Origin: Mobula hypostoma
Taxonomy: Eukaryota
Length of the DNA stretch: 64,000 nt
Assembly: GCF_963921235.1 (NCBI RefSeq)
Contig: NC_086101.1
Span: 15,934,001 to 15,998,000 of the forward strand
Reading direction: 5' to 3'
The position numbers were made by a program, and so were the translations under genes. Under the pieces are notes generated by a model that ran no database searches, had not been told where the DNA came from, and was given only the letters and a program-made list of their open reading frames with translations. Position 1 is the stretch's first letter, and each line of letters begins with the position of its first letter. Below, piece by piece: positions 1 to 11,490 of the stretch.

Positions 1-570
1 CAAATTCACCTATGGAGAGAATCGACTATCAATGTATCTGGTCAAGACTATTCACGAGATCTGAAATGTATAAGGAAGAGGGGACGTGGTTACTATATCC
101 ATCCTATCTTTCAGTCTCTGACAACATTCTCACTCTCTGCCCCACCCACCGTTTTTGGGGAATAGTTAACTTGTCGGTCGAAAACCGCTTCCATTGTGAT
201 GGTCATCGAATAGCCCATTTGAGGTATGAAGCAGCTCTTTCCCATTGTTTGTCTTGTGTGCCAGGTAACCGGTGTCCCATGTCAAGCACCTGGGGTATAA
301 GGGTAGCTCACTTGGGAGGCTTGCTAGCTTTGCCTTTGTCTCCAGGGACTCTTCACATTGACGTTGTGACCTGTGCTAAAGAACCATTGGGAAAGTTTGC
401 TCCAGACTTAAAAGGCCCCTGTGCACAAGGTTTGTGTTTGTTGAATATTTAGTTTTGTCATTTGTATAACTTGGGGACTTAGATGTTTGGTCGAATCTTT
501 TACTGTTGATAAATAAATCATTAATATGCTTATTTGTAGTCAGTGTCTTCTGCCTGACTCACCAAACCCA
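1..570 (+). mobile_element. Possible 3' part of an LTR-like repeat, truncated by the window edge
   Basis: Non-coding, with an AATAAA (~510) and a T-rich U5-like tail. The 146-aa ORF has no recognisable domain. Family not identified. Confidence 0.25.
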
Positions 571-574
571 TGAA

Positions 575-790
575 CCTGCTTCCACTTTAGACCCCCATCT
601 GCCGATCGCCCCTCTCACCTGCCAGCACATGCTCCATCTTTTTACATTTGACTATCTCCCCTCTAGTTTCCAGTGCAGAGGAAGGGTCTAAACCAGAGAC
701 TTTGACTCTCCATTTCCCACCACAGATATTTCCGGACACACTGAGTTCCTCCAGCATTGTGTGTACTGCTCCGGATTCCAGCATCGGCCC
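575..790 (+). mobile_element. Penelope-like element terminal (pLTR) fragment
   Basis: Contains ctgagttcctccagcattgtgtgt, the terminal motif shared with the larger Penelope copy at 8600-8700. Confidence 0.55.
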
Positions 791-1026
791 GAGTATGTGT
801 CTCTGGATGGCAATAAAGGGTATGATTCCCCTATAGGTTTATTATGCCAGCAATCCCACACTTGACTAGAGAGCTTGGTTAATCTGATGCTCTTTTAATT
901 CAGAGAGAGTAACTGAGGTGGAAGCTGATGTAAGCACAGAGACAGAAACTCGAGCCATTAACAGATTTCTTTCCTCGAAGACGGGGAGCAGTTGTGAATA
1001 ATCTGATGCCATCCGGGGTTCAAGGT

Positions 1027-1146
1027 TCAATCAAAGGAATGGAAACTGGAATCCTTATCATATTCATCACCGAACTGCTGAGAGCACGGTTGAGGACGGT
1101 TGAGAATCTTCCTCACGACCTGTTGGTTCATGGACCCATCTTCCTA
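1027..1146 (-). CDS. Candidate orphan terminal exon, possibly of the receptor locus
   Basis: Strong minus-strand acceptor ttcctctgtgttttcag in non-repeat DNA, with a tandem CAG/TAG. Reads VGRWVHEPTGREEDSQPSSTVLSAVR* (phase 1) or EDGSMNQQVVRKILNRPQPCSQQFGDEYDKDSSFHSFD* (TAG acceptor, phase 0). No homology recognised. Confidence 0.2.
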
Positions 1147-1344
1147 CTGAAAACACAGAGGAACCAATTTAATTCTGTGAAGTGGAGTCGCCCGACCGTT
1201 GGAAGGAAAGAACCAACTCCTTGGTAGTAGCAAGCAACAGGAGGAGGATATTCGGTCTATCTAGCCTGTACTGGCTCTTGCAAAAGCAATCCCACTGCTC
1301 CACTCTCAGCCCATTGACCTTCAAATGTTCTTTCACGTCCCTTC

Positions 1345-1500
1345 TTAAACACAAAATAATCTGCAGATGCTGGGGTCAAAGCAACACTCACAATACGCTG
1401 GAGGAACTCAGCAGGTCGGGCAGCATCCATGGAAATGACGAGTCGACGTTTCCATGGATGCTGCCAGACCTGCTGAGTTCCTCCAACGTGTTGTGAGTAT
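1345..1500. repeat. Fold-back mini-element derived from the Penelope terminus
   Basis: Arms 1386-1435 and 1449-1498 are near-perfect reverse complements (about 50 bp) around a 13-nt loop. Confidence 0.8.
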
Positions 1501-1699
1501 TTCCATGTCCCTTCTGCTCATTGTGATGGAATCTAACCCCAGGTTCCAATAATTCAGTGAGTGAAAAAGCCCCTCTTGTCTCATAAGGTCAGAGAAAAGG
1601 TTCTGTGGCCCATCGTTTCCGTGCCAATGATCAAACTGATCCTACCCTCACCAATTTTACCCTCATTGCATGCCTGTCAGCTCCTCCTCCAGCAGACTC

Positions 1700-1880
1700 T
1701 GCCGCTCATCTTATTTTTAGAGGCATCCGTTAGTCTCATGAGACCATGGATTTGCGCCTTGGAAGGGTTCCAGGGCGCAGGCCTGGGCAAGGTTGTATGG
1801 ATGACCGGCAATTGCTCATGTTGCAAGTCTCCCCTCTCCATGCCACCAATGTCGTCCAACAGCTGAGCAAGAATCTGAGA
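1700..1880 (-). mobile_element. SINE 3' fragment
   Basis: Near-identical to 41375-41520 (ccgttagtctcatgagac...gcaggcctgggcaaggttgtatgg). Confidence 0.6.
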
Positions 1881-1919
1881 AGAAGGGAGTGAAGAAATCA
1901 TGTACAAAAAGTCTTTTGA

Positions 1920-4900
1920 TTTTACACATTACTCGGGGATAAGGGACTGCACTGCGCAGGTACGGGACGTAGCGCGCCAAGGTTTAAAAACAGAGCACTA
2001 TATACAGCGGGCAGCGGAGTGAGAGGGAGCAGAGTGGGACGGCTTTGGTTCAACAGGCTTTGGCGAGAACAGTCAGAGGCCAGGGTAGATTTCGTTAAGT
2101 TGTTTGCCCAGTTTGTTTAGAGTAGAGAGAATGCCAGGCAGGATGTTGGAATGCTCCTCTTGCAGGATGTGGGAAGTCAGGAAGCCCTCCGGTGACCGTG
2201 ACAATGACACCTGCAAGAAAAGTGCATCCAGCTGCAGCTCCTATCAAACCGTGTTAGGGAACTGGAGCAGGAGCTGGATGACCTCCGATCATTCGGGAGA
2301 ATGAGGAAATTATAGATAATAGCTACAGGGAGGTAGTTAAGCCAAAGGAGCAGAGCACAGGAAATTGGGTCACTGTCAGGCGAGGGAAGAGGAAAGGGCA
2401 GGCAGAGCAGGGTTCTCAACAACAAGTATACCGCATTGGATACCGTTGTTGGTGATGACTTACCTGGGACAAGCTGCAGCAGCCAGATCTCTGGCACTGA
2501 GTCTGGTTCTGCAGTTCGGAAGGGAGGGTGGAAGAAGAGGAGAGCGGTAGTGATGGGGTACTCGATAGTTAGAGGTGCAGATAGGAGGTTCTGTGGTCGT
2601 GACAGAGAATCCAGGATGGTTTGTTGCCTCCCGGGTGCCAGAGTCAAGGATGTCTCTGATCGCTTGCATGACATTCTGAAGTGGGAGGGTGATCAGCCAG
2701 ATGCCATGGTGCATATCGGTACCAATGACATAGCAAGGAAGAGCGAGGAGGTCCTGGAGAGTGAGTATAGAGAGCTTGGTAGGAAGTTGAAAAGCAGGAC
2801 CTCGAGGTTGGTAATCTCAGGATTGCTACCTGTGCTACGTGCCAGTGAGGGTAAGAATAGGATGCTCTGGAGGATGAACAAGTGGCTGAGGAACTGGTGT
2901 AGGGAGCATGGTTTCAGATTTCAGGATCACTGGGGCCTCTTCTGGGGCAGGTGGGACCTGTACAAGAGAGACAGTTTACAGTTGAACTACGAGGGGACCA
3001 ATATCCTTTCAGGGAGGTTTGTTAGTGCTATTGTGGAGGCTTTACACTAAATTTGCAGGGGGATGGGAACCAGAGTGCCAGAGCTGACAGTGAGACTGGG
3101 ATGAAAATAAATGATGTTAAAAGTTCAAGCAAAGCCGCAAATAGAAAGGTTGTGAGTGGTGGTAAAAATCTTCTGAGGTGTATATATTTCAATGCTAGGA
3201 GTATTGCGGGGACAGCAGACGAGTTGAGGGCGTGGATTGACATGTGGAATTATGACGTTATAACAATTAGTGAAACTTGGCTACAGGAGGGGCAGGACTG
3301 CCAACTTAATATTCCAGGGTTCCAATGTTTCAGATGTGATCGAGGCAGAAGAATGAAAGCGGGGGGGGGGTGCGGGGTGTAGCATTGCTTGTCAGGGAAA
3401 ATGTTACAACAGCGCTCAGGCAGGGCAGATTAGAGGGCTTGTCTACTGAGTCCTTCTGGGTGGAGCTGAGAAAAAGGAAAGGTATGGCCACATTAGTGGG
3501 GTTGTATTATAGACCACCCAATAGTCAGCGAGAATTGGAGGAGCAAATCTGCAGAGAGATAGCAGGCAACTGCAGGAAACATAATGTTGTGGTGGTAGGG
3601 GATTTTAAATTTCCACATATTGATTGGGACTCCCATACTGTTAGGGGCCAGATGGGTTAGAGTTTGTAAAATGTGTTCAGGAAAGTTTTCTAAATCAATA
3701 TATAGAAGTACCAACTAGAGGGGATGCGATATTAGATCTCCTATTAGGAAATGAGTTAGGACAAGTGAGGAAGTGTGTGTAGGGGAGCACTTTGGTTCCA
3801 GTGATCATAACACAATTAGTTTCAACTTGATCATGGATAAAGATAGGGCTGAGGTTCTAAACTGGAAGAAGGCTAAATTTGAAGAAATGAGAAAGGGTCT
3901 AAAAAGTGTGGATTGGGACAGGTTGTTCTGTGGCAAGGATGTGATCGGTAAGTGGGAAGCCTTCAAAGGAGAAACTTTGAGAGTGCAGAGTTTGTATGTT
4001 CCTGTCATGATTGAAGGCAAAGTGAATAGGAATAAGGAATGTTGGTTCTCAAGGGATATTGCAACTCTGATAAAGAAGAAGAGAGAGATGTATGACATGT
4101 ATAGGAAACAGGGAGTAAATAAGGTGCTTGAGGAGTATAAAAAGTGCAAGAAAATACTTAAGAAGGAAATCAGGTCAGCTAGAAGAAGACATGAGGTTCC
4201 CTTGGCAGTCAAAGTGAACGATAATCCAAAGAGTTTTTACAGGTATATTAAGAGTAAAAGGATTGTAAGGGATAAATTTGGTCCTCTTGAAGATCAGAGT
4301 GGTCGGCTATGTGCAGAACCAAAAGAAATGGGGGAGATCTTAAATGTTTTTTTTGCATCTGTATTTACTAAGGAAACTGGCATGAAGTCTATGTAATTAA
4401 GGGAAACAAGTAGTGAGATCATGGAAACTGTACAGATTGAAAAGGAGGAGGTGCTTGTTATCTTGAGGCAAATTAAAGTGGATAAATCCCCACGACCTGA
4501 CAGGGTATTCCCTCGGACCTTGAAGGAGACTAGTGTTGGAAATGCAGGGGCCCTGGCAGATATACTTAAAATGTCGGTGTCTGCGGGTGAGGTGCCGGAG
4601 GATTGGAGAACGGTTCATGTTGTTCGGTTGTTTAAAAAAGGATCGAAAAATAGTCTGGGAAATTATAGACCAGTGAGTTTGACATCAGTAGTCAGTAAGT
4701 TATTGGAGGGAGTACTAAGAGACAGAATCTACAAGCATTTGGATAGACAGGGACTTATTAGGGAGAGTCAATATGGCTTTGTGTGTGGTAGGTCATGTTT
4801 GACCTATCTATTGGAGTTTTTCGAGGAGGTTACCAGGAAAGTGGATGAAGGGAAGGCAGTGGACATTGTCTACATGGATTTCAGTAAGGTCTTTGACAAG

Positions 4901-6010
4901 GTCCCGCATGGGAGGTTAGTTCGGAAAATTCAGTCGCTAGGTATACATGGAGAGGTGGTAAATTGGATTAGACATTGGCTCAATGGAAGAAGCCAAAGAG
5001 TGGTAGTAGAGGATTGCTTCTCAGAGTAGAGGCCTGTAACTAGTGGTGTGCCACAGGGATCAGTGCTGCGTCTATTGTTATTTGTCATCTATATCAATGA
5101 TCTGGATGATAATGTGGTAAATTGGATCAGCAAATTTGCTGATGATACAAAGATTGGAGGTGTAGTGGACAGTGAGGAAGGTTTTCAAAGCTTGCGGAGG
5201 GATTTGGACCAGCTGGAAAAATGGCAGATGGAGTTTAATACAGACAAGTGTGAGGTATTGCACTTTGGAAGGACAAACCAAGGTAGAACATATAAGGTAA
5301 ATGGTAAGGCACTGAGGAGTGCAGTAGAACAGAGGGATCCAGGAATACAGATACAAAATTCCCTAAAATGGTGTCACAGGTAGATAGGGTCGTAAAGAGA
5401 GCTTTTGGTACATGAGCCTTTATTAATCAAAGTATTGAGTATACAAGCTGGAATGTTATGATGAGGTTGTATAAGGCATTGGTGATGCCGAATCTGGAGT
5501 ATTGTGTTCAGTTTTGGTCACTAAATTACAGGAAGGATATAAATAAGGTTGTTTACAAGGATGTTGCTGGGACTTGAGAATCTCAGTTACAGAGAAAGGT
5601 TGAAGAGGTTAGGACTTTATTCCCTGGAGCGTAGAAGAATGAGGGGAGATTTGATAGAGGTCTCTAAAATTATGATGGGTATAGATAGAGTGAGCTATCT
5701 TTTTCCACTGAGGCAAGGGGAGAAAAAAACCAGAGGACAAAAAAACCAGAGGACATAGGTTAAGGGTGAAAGGGAAAAAGTTTAAAGAGAACATTAGGGG
5801 GGCTTCTTCACACAGAGAGTGGTGGGAGTGTGGAATGAACTGCCAGATGAGGTGGTAAATGCGGGTTCTTTTTTGACATTTAAGAATAAATTGGACAGAT
5901 ACATGGATGGGAGGTGTATGGAGGGATATGGTCCATGTGCAGGTCAGTGGGACTAGGCAGATAATGGTTCGGCCAGCCAAGAAGGGCCAAAAGGCCTGTT
6001 TCTGTGCTGT
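1920..6010 (+). mobile_element. Near full-length decayed CR1 LINE (ORF1 Zn-finger plus SGNH esterase; ORF2 APE endonuclease plus RT)
   Basis: ORF1 pieces MLECSSCRMWEV and VVMGYSIVRG...CCLPGARVKDV...VHIGTND. ORF2 pieces CIYFNARSI, YYRPPN, SDHN, PQGSVL, KFADDTKIGG, split by stops and frameshifts. Confidence 0.95.
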
Positions 6011-6034
6011 AGTTTTTCTATGGTTTCTATTAAA

Positions 6035-6190
6035 GGGCATTAGGACCCATACAGGTTGGCGCCGGTGCCGTCACAGAGCAATGTGTTGTTAAGTGCCTTG
6101 CTCAAGGACACAACACGCTTCCTCATCCAAGGCTCGAACTTGCGACCTTCAGATCAGTAGACGAACACCTTACCACTTGGCATCGCGGCA
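6035..6190 (-). mobile_element. tRNA-derived SINE fragment
   Basis: Reverse complement of the SINE head and body at 31203-31330; also matches 41520-41670. Confidence 0.6.
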
Positions 6191-6589
6191 ATACTCATCT
6201 ACGCAATTGGATAACTTACAATGGCTGATTATCCTACTAACCCGACCCGTAAATTGCTGGGGTCTGGGAGGCATAAATCATTGTCCTTATCAATAAAGTG
6301 AGCAGTTTCTGAGTCACTTGTGTCAAGTGGCCTCTGATGTACACTCTCCCAGTAGAGAGCAATTTTTATTCACACAGTTGTGTGAACACTCATGGCCTGG
6401 AATTTCTAGTTATTCTAGACTTAAGGGAATACAGGCCTCATCTACTCAGTCTCCCCTCTCACATCTCCAGTTCAGGGACTTATTGGATATAATTCAGCCA
6501 CAGGGACAGAAATGAAAAATGTTCTGACAGATTTTAACCCAATCACCACTTCATCTGATTTCTGAAGCTAAGGGCCAAACACAGCTCAA

Positions 6590-7430
6590 TTTAAGCAGCA
6601 CTCACAACACGCTGGAGAAACTCAGCAGGTCGGGCAGCATTCGTGGAAACGATCAGTCAACATTTCGGACCAGACCGTTTCGTCAGTACTGAAGAGGGAA
6701 GGGGCAGAGGCCCTATAAAGAATGTTGGGGGAGGGTGGGAAAGAGAAGGCTGGTAGGTTTCAGGTGAAGAACCAGTAAGGGGAAAGATAAAGGGGTGGGA
6801 GAGGGGAAGCAGGGAGGGGATAGGCAGGAAAGGTGAAGAAGGAAGAGGGGGAAACACAATGGGTAGTAGAAGGAGGCGGAACCATGAGGGAGGTGATAGG
6901 CAGCTGGGGGAGGGGAGAGTGAAATAGGGATAGGGGAAGGGAGGAGGAGGGAATTACCGGAAGTTGGAAAATTCTATGTTCCTACCAAGGGGCTGGAGAC
7001 TACCTGACAGTATATGAGGTGTTGCTCCTCCAACCTGAGCTTAGCCTCATCATGGCAGTAGAGGAGGCCATGTATGGACACATCTGAATGGGAATGTGAA
7101 GCAGAGTTGAAGTGGGTGGCAACCGGGAGATCCTGTCTGTTGTGGCGGACGGAGCGGAGGTGCTCGAAGAAGTAGTCCCCCAACCTGCGTCGGGTTTCAC
7201 TGATGTAGAGGAGGCCGCACCGAGAGCACTGGATGCAATAGATGACCCTAACAGACTCACAAGTGAAGTGTTGCCTCACCTGGAAGGACTGTTTGGGGCC
7301 CTGAATGGTGGCAAGAGAGGAGGTGTAGGGACAGGTGTAGCACTTACGCTTACAGGGATAGGTGCCGGGTGGGAGATTCGTGGGGAGGGACGTGTGGATC
7401 AGCGAGTCACGGAGGGACCGATCCCTGTGG
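6590..7430 (-). mobile_element. Penelope-like element 3' part (GIY-YIG endonuclease plus pLTR), inverted copy
   Basis: ORF 6974-7279 VIYCIQCSRCGLLYISETRRRLGDYFFEHL...HFNS. Mirrors 7835-8690. Confidence 0.9.
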
Positions 7431-8700
7431 AATAGTTATGAGGACTCTCATAACTACCTCGACTATACTTCTTCCCACCCTGTCACATGCAAAAATGCCA
7501 TTCCCTATTCCCAGTTCCTCCGTCTCCGCCGCATCTGCTCCCAGGATGAGGCTTTCCGTTCCAGGACATCTCAAATGTCCTCTTTCTTTAAGGATCGTGG
7601 TTTCCCTTCTGCCATCATCAATGATGCCCTCACACGCATCTCCTCTATTTCCCGCAATTCGGCCCTCACTCCATCCTCCCGCCACCACAACAGGGACAGA
7701 GTTCCCCTTGTCCTCACCTACCACCCCACCAGCCTCCGGATCCAGCACATTAACCTCCGCAACTTCTGCTACCTTCAACAGGACCCCACCACTAAGCACA
7801 TCTTTCCCTCTCCACCCCCTCTGCTTTCCGCAGGGATCGGTCCCTCCACGACTCCCTGATCCACACATCCCTCCCTACGAATCTCCCACCCGGCACTTAT
7901 CCCTGTAAGCGTAAGTGCTACACCTGTCCCTACACCTCCTCTCCTGCCACCATTCAGGGCCCCAAACAGTCCTTCCAGGTGAGGAAACACTTCACTTGTG
8001 AGTCTGTTGGGGTCATCTATTATATCCGATACTCCCGGTGCGGCCTCCTCTGCATCGGTGAAACCCGACGTAGATTGGGCGACCACTTCGTCGAGCACCT
8101 CCTCTCCATCCGCCAAAACAGACAGGAACTCCCTGTTGCCACCCACTTCAACTCTGCTTCCCATTCCCATTCGGATATGTCCACACATGGCCTCCTCTAC
8201 TGCCATGATGAGGCTAAACTCAAGTTGAAGGAGCAACACCTCATATACCGTCTAGGTAGTCTCCAGCCCCTTGGTATGAACATAGAATTCTCCAGCTTCC
8301 GGTCATTCCCTCCCCATCCCTTCCCCTATCCCTACTTCACTCTGCCCCGTCCCCCAGCTGCCTATCACCTCCCTCATGGTCCCGCCTCCTTCTACCACCC
8401 ATTGTGTTTTCCCCTATTCCTTCTTCATCTTTCCTGCTTATCACCTCCCTGCTTCCCCTCCCCACTCTTTTATCTTTCCCCTGACTGGTTTTTCACCTGG
8501 AACCTACCAGCCTTCTCCTTCCCACCCTCTCCCCACCTTCTTTATAGGGCCTCTGCCCCTTCCCTCTACAGTCCTGACGAAGGGTTCCGGCCCGAAACAT
8601 TGACTGATCGTTTCCACGGATGCTGCCCGACCTGCTGAGTTCCTCCAGCGTGTTGTGAGTGTTGCTTTGACCCCAGCATCTGCAGAGTATTTTGTGTTTA
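7430..8700 (+). mobile_element. Penelope-like element (RT C-terminus, GIY-YIG, pLTR)
   Basis: YLDYTSSHPVTCKNAIPYSQFLRLRRICS (PLE RT C-terminus) followed by [26 protein letters not shown] (GIY-YIG) and the terminal repeat. Confidence 0.92.
8569..8606 (+). ncRNA. Minimal type I hammerhead ribozyme motif in the Penelope pLTR (probably mutated)
   Basis: CAGTC-CTGACGA-AGGG-TTCCGG-CCC-GAAAC-ATT-GACTG. Helix I (CAGTC/GACTG), core CUGANGA/GAAA and helix II are present. Cleavage region reads ATT where other copies have GTC. Confidence 0.55.
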
Positions 8701-8989
8701 CAGCTCAATTTAAGATTTCTCAGCTACATTTTCGAATCTCTCCGGGATCTCCCCACTTCCCCTGACCTCAGCAAATGCTTGCTTTCTTACCTGATTTGTG
8801 GTTTCTTCAGGCTGGAGGCTACGTTCTGCTGTGAATTAGAGAAAGAAGCAAATGAGGCATCAAAAGCATCAGTAAACTTTGTCAGAGTAAGACACTTGCT
8901 CGATCATTCAAGTGGATTGAGGATGATCTGCTAACTTGGTGCCATTTTCTGGCACCAATCCTATATCCTTTGATGTTTTACCACCACTG

Positions 8990-10600
8990 CCCATTTATCC
9001 CAGTCCCCATTTACCCCATTCCTGTTTTAAACTTCAGTCCCCATTTTACTCCATTGTTTAATCCTCAGTCCCCACTTAACCCCATCCTGTTTAATCCTCA
9101 GACCCCATTTAGCCCCATTCCTGTTTAACCCCCTCAGTCTCTGTTTAACGCCATTCCTGTTTAAACCTCTCAGTCCCCATTTAGTCCCATTCTTATTTAA
9201 CTCTCTCAGTCTCCATTTAGCCCCATTCTGATTTAATCCCCAGTCCCCATTTAGCCCCATTCCTGTTCAACCCCCTCAGTCTCTGTTTAGCCCCATTCCT
9301 GTTTAATCCCCTCAGTCTCCATTTAGCCCCATTCCTATTTAGTCCCCAATCCCCATTCAGCCCCATTCCTGTCTAAATCCCTCAGACCTCATTTAGCCCC
9401 ATTCTTGTTTAACCCCCTCAGTGCTGATTTTGCCTCATTCCTATTTAAACCCCAGTCCCCATTGAGCCCCATTCCTGTTTAACCCACAGAGTCTCTGTTT
9501 AATCTCATTCTTGTTTAACCCTCTCTGTCCCCATTTAGCCCCATACCTGTTTAACCCCGTCAGTCTCTGTTTAGTCTCATTCCTGTTTAACCCACTCTGT
9601 CCCCATTTAGCCCCATTCCTATTTAACCCCCTCAGTCCCAATTTAGCATTGCTATTTAAACCCCAGTCCCCATTTAGCCCCATACCTGTTTAACCCCCTC
9701 AGTCTCTGTTTAGTCTCATTCCTGTTTAACCCTATCTGTCCCCATTTAGCCACATTCTTGTTTAACCCCGTCAGTCCCCAATTAGCCCCATTCCTATTTA
9801 TACCGCTCAGTCCCCATTTAGCCTCATTCCTATTTAAACCCCAGTCCCTATTTAGCCCCATTCCTGTTTAACCCCCTCAGTCTCTGTTTAGTCTCATTCC
9901 TGTTTAACCCCCTCAGTGTCCATTTAGCCCCATTCTGTTTAACCCCCTCAGTGTCCATTTAGCCTCATTCCTGTTTAACCCTCTCTTTCCCCATTTAGTC
10001 CCATTCCTGTTTAATCTCCTCAGTTCCTATTTATCCCCATTATTGTTTAATCCCCACAGTCCCTATTTAGCACAATTCTTGTTAACACCTCTGCCTATTT
10101 TAATGTGTTCACAAAGAACCTCTATTCTCATTTTACTCCTCAATCCCCACTCTAATGGCTGTATCCATTTTAACCACTCCATCCCCATTTAACCCCACTG
10201 ATATATTTACCCCATCCCCATTTTATTACAGTCCCCATTTTAAATCTGTTGCCATTTTAACCTCACTGACTAGTTTACTCCATTCCTATTTAACCCCACT
10301 GACTATTTTACCCCAGTCTCTATTTAAACCCCATTGATTATTTTACCCCATTCCCAATTTAACCTTATTATTTTACCCAGTCCCCATTTTACTCCCACTA
10401 TTTTACCCCAGTTCCCCTGAACCCCCATTCATATTTTAGCTCTGAGTCGCCACTTTATTGACTGTATCCATTTTAACCCCTCAGTCCCCACTTTAACCCC
10501 ACTATTTTACCCCAGCTCCCATTTAACCCGACTATTATATTCCACTTCCCATTTAACCCCACTGACTATTTGTTTACCGCACTTCCCATGCACTCCCAGA
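8990..10600. repeat. C-rich minisatellite, about 36-bp unit ccccatttagccccattcctgtttaaccccctcagt, decaying into shorter units
   Basis: About 30 visible tandem units from 9000 to 10080, with two alternating variants, then degenerate ttttaccccagtccccattt units. Confidence 0.95.
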
Positions 10601-10651
10601 GTCCCCTTTGCCCCAGACTCTCCACAATGCTTTGCTACCCGTGATGCTCAC

Positions 10652-10682
10652 CTGTCAAATTCAGCTCCTCGTCGCTGTCATC
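10652..10682 (-). CDS. Candidate 31-nt exon (DDSDEELNLT, phase 0 to 1)
   Basis: cttcctttggcgggcag acceptor and ACAG|gtgagc donor. Only phase-0 entry is stop-free. Confidence 0.3.
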
Positions 10683-10751
10683 CTGCCCGCCAAAGGAAGT
10701 GGGGGAGGATGAGGTTAATGAGACCAGGACTCAGTGCTGGTGGCATTTTAC

Positions 10752-10900
10752 CTTTCTGTGGCGACTGGTGTCAGATTTTAACTTTACGAAACTCAGCATC
10801 TTCGCTCTGAGAAGCCCAAGCTACACAATCCCAGTGCTCTTGCCTGCCCTGCTGTTTAATCCTTTGGGGAGACTCTGACAAGCCGTGACATGACTTTCTC
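10752..10900 (-). CDS. Candidate 149-nt exon (one TAG in the phase-1 frame)
   Basis: ttttcaacag acceptor 97 nt after the upstream donor; AAAG|gtaaaa donor. Phase 1 reads GESHVTACQSLPKGLNSRAGKSTGIV*LGLLRAKMLSFVKLKSDTSRHRK; phase 0 reads EKVMSRLVRVSPKD*. Confidence 0.25.
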
Positions 10901-10997
10901 CTGTTGAAAACCCTCACAATAAGGAGATGGATCTGGTGACCTCTTGTAGTGGGTGCACTGGGGCAGCCCCACAGTATCTTCCTACTCCCACCATTAC

Positions 10998-11114
10998 CTG
11001 CTGCACCCGGTGCACAGTGACACTGGCTGCACTGGAGCCAGACCTGAGGTGTATTTTGTAAGAGGAATCTATGCAGTGCCCTCTCCCCCAGTACTGTGTT
11101 TCTACCCCACTGTT
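10998..11114 (-). CDS. Candidate 117-nt symmetric exon, possible distal cytoplasmic exon of the receptor
   Basis: Very strong acceptor ttttgctccttttcctgcag and CAG|gtaatg donor. Phase 0 reads NSGVETQYWGRGHCIDSSYKIHLRSGSSAASVTVHRVQQ, compatible with the phase-0 end of exon 21294. Confidence 0.35.
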
Positions 11115-11204
11115 CTGCAGGAAAAGGAGCAAAACTACTCAACTCATTCAAGAGGCGAGTGAAGTCATGAAAAATATGTATAATTTATGCGTTGCTTGAG
11201 AATT

Positions 11205-11490
11205 ATGTCAGTACGATAAACACAGGAGATTCTGCAGAAGCTGGAAATCCAACGCAACACAGACAAATGCCACTCAGCTTCCCTCTCACCTGGTCTCACC
11301 TATCACCTGTCAGCTTGTATTCCTTACCCCCACCACCATTCCCTTCTCATTCCGGCTTCTCTACTTCTCCCCCCACCCCACTTCCTTTTCAGTCACGATG
11401 AAGGTCTCAGCCTGAAACAGAGAGTGTTTATTCCTCTCCATAGATTCTGCCTGACCTGCTGAGTTCCTCCAGCATTTTGTGTGTAACTCT
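11205..11490 (+). mobile_element. Penelope pLTR fragment
   Basis: Ends ctgcctgacctgctgagttcctccagcattttgtgtgt; decayed hammerhead-like segment near 11392-11420. Confidence 0.7.

Noticed and set aside
9027-9861. Repetitive ORFs (MGLNGDWGLN...)
   Set aside because: By-products of a 36-bp minisatellite.
8990-10600. CRISPR-like or telomeric array
   Set aside because: No unique spacers and no (TTAGGG)n; this is a eukaryotic minisatellite.
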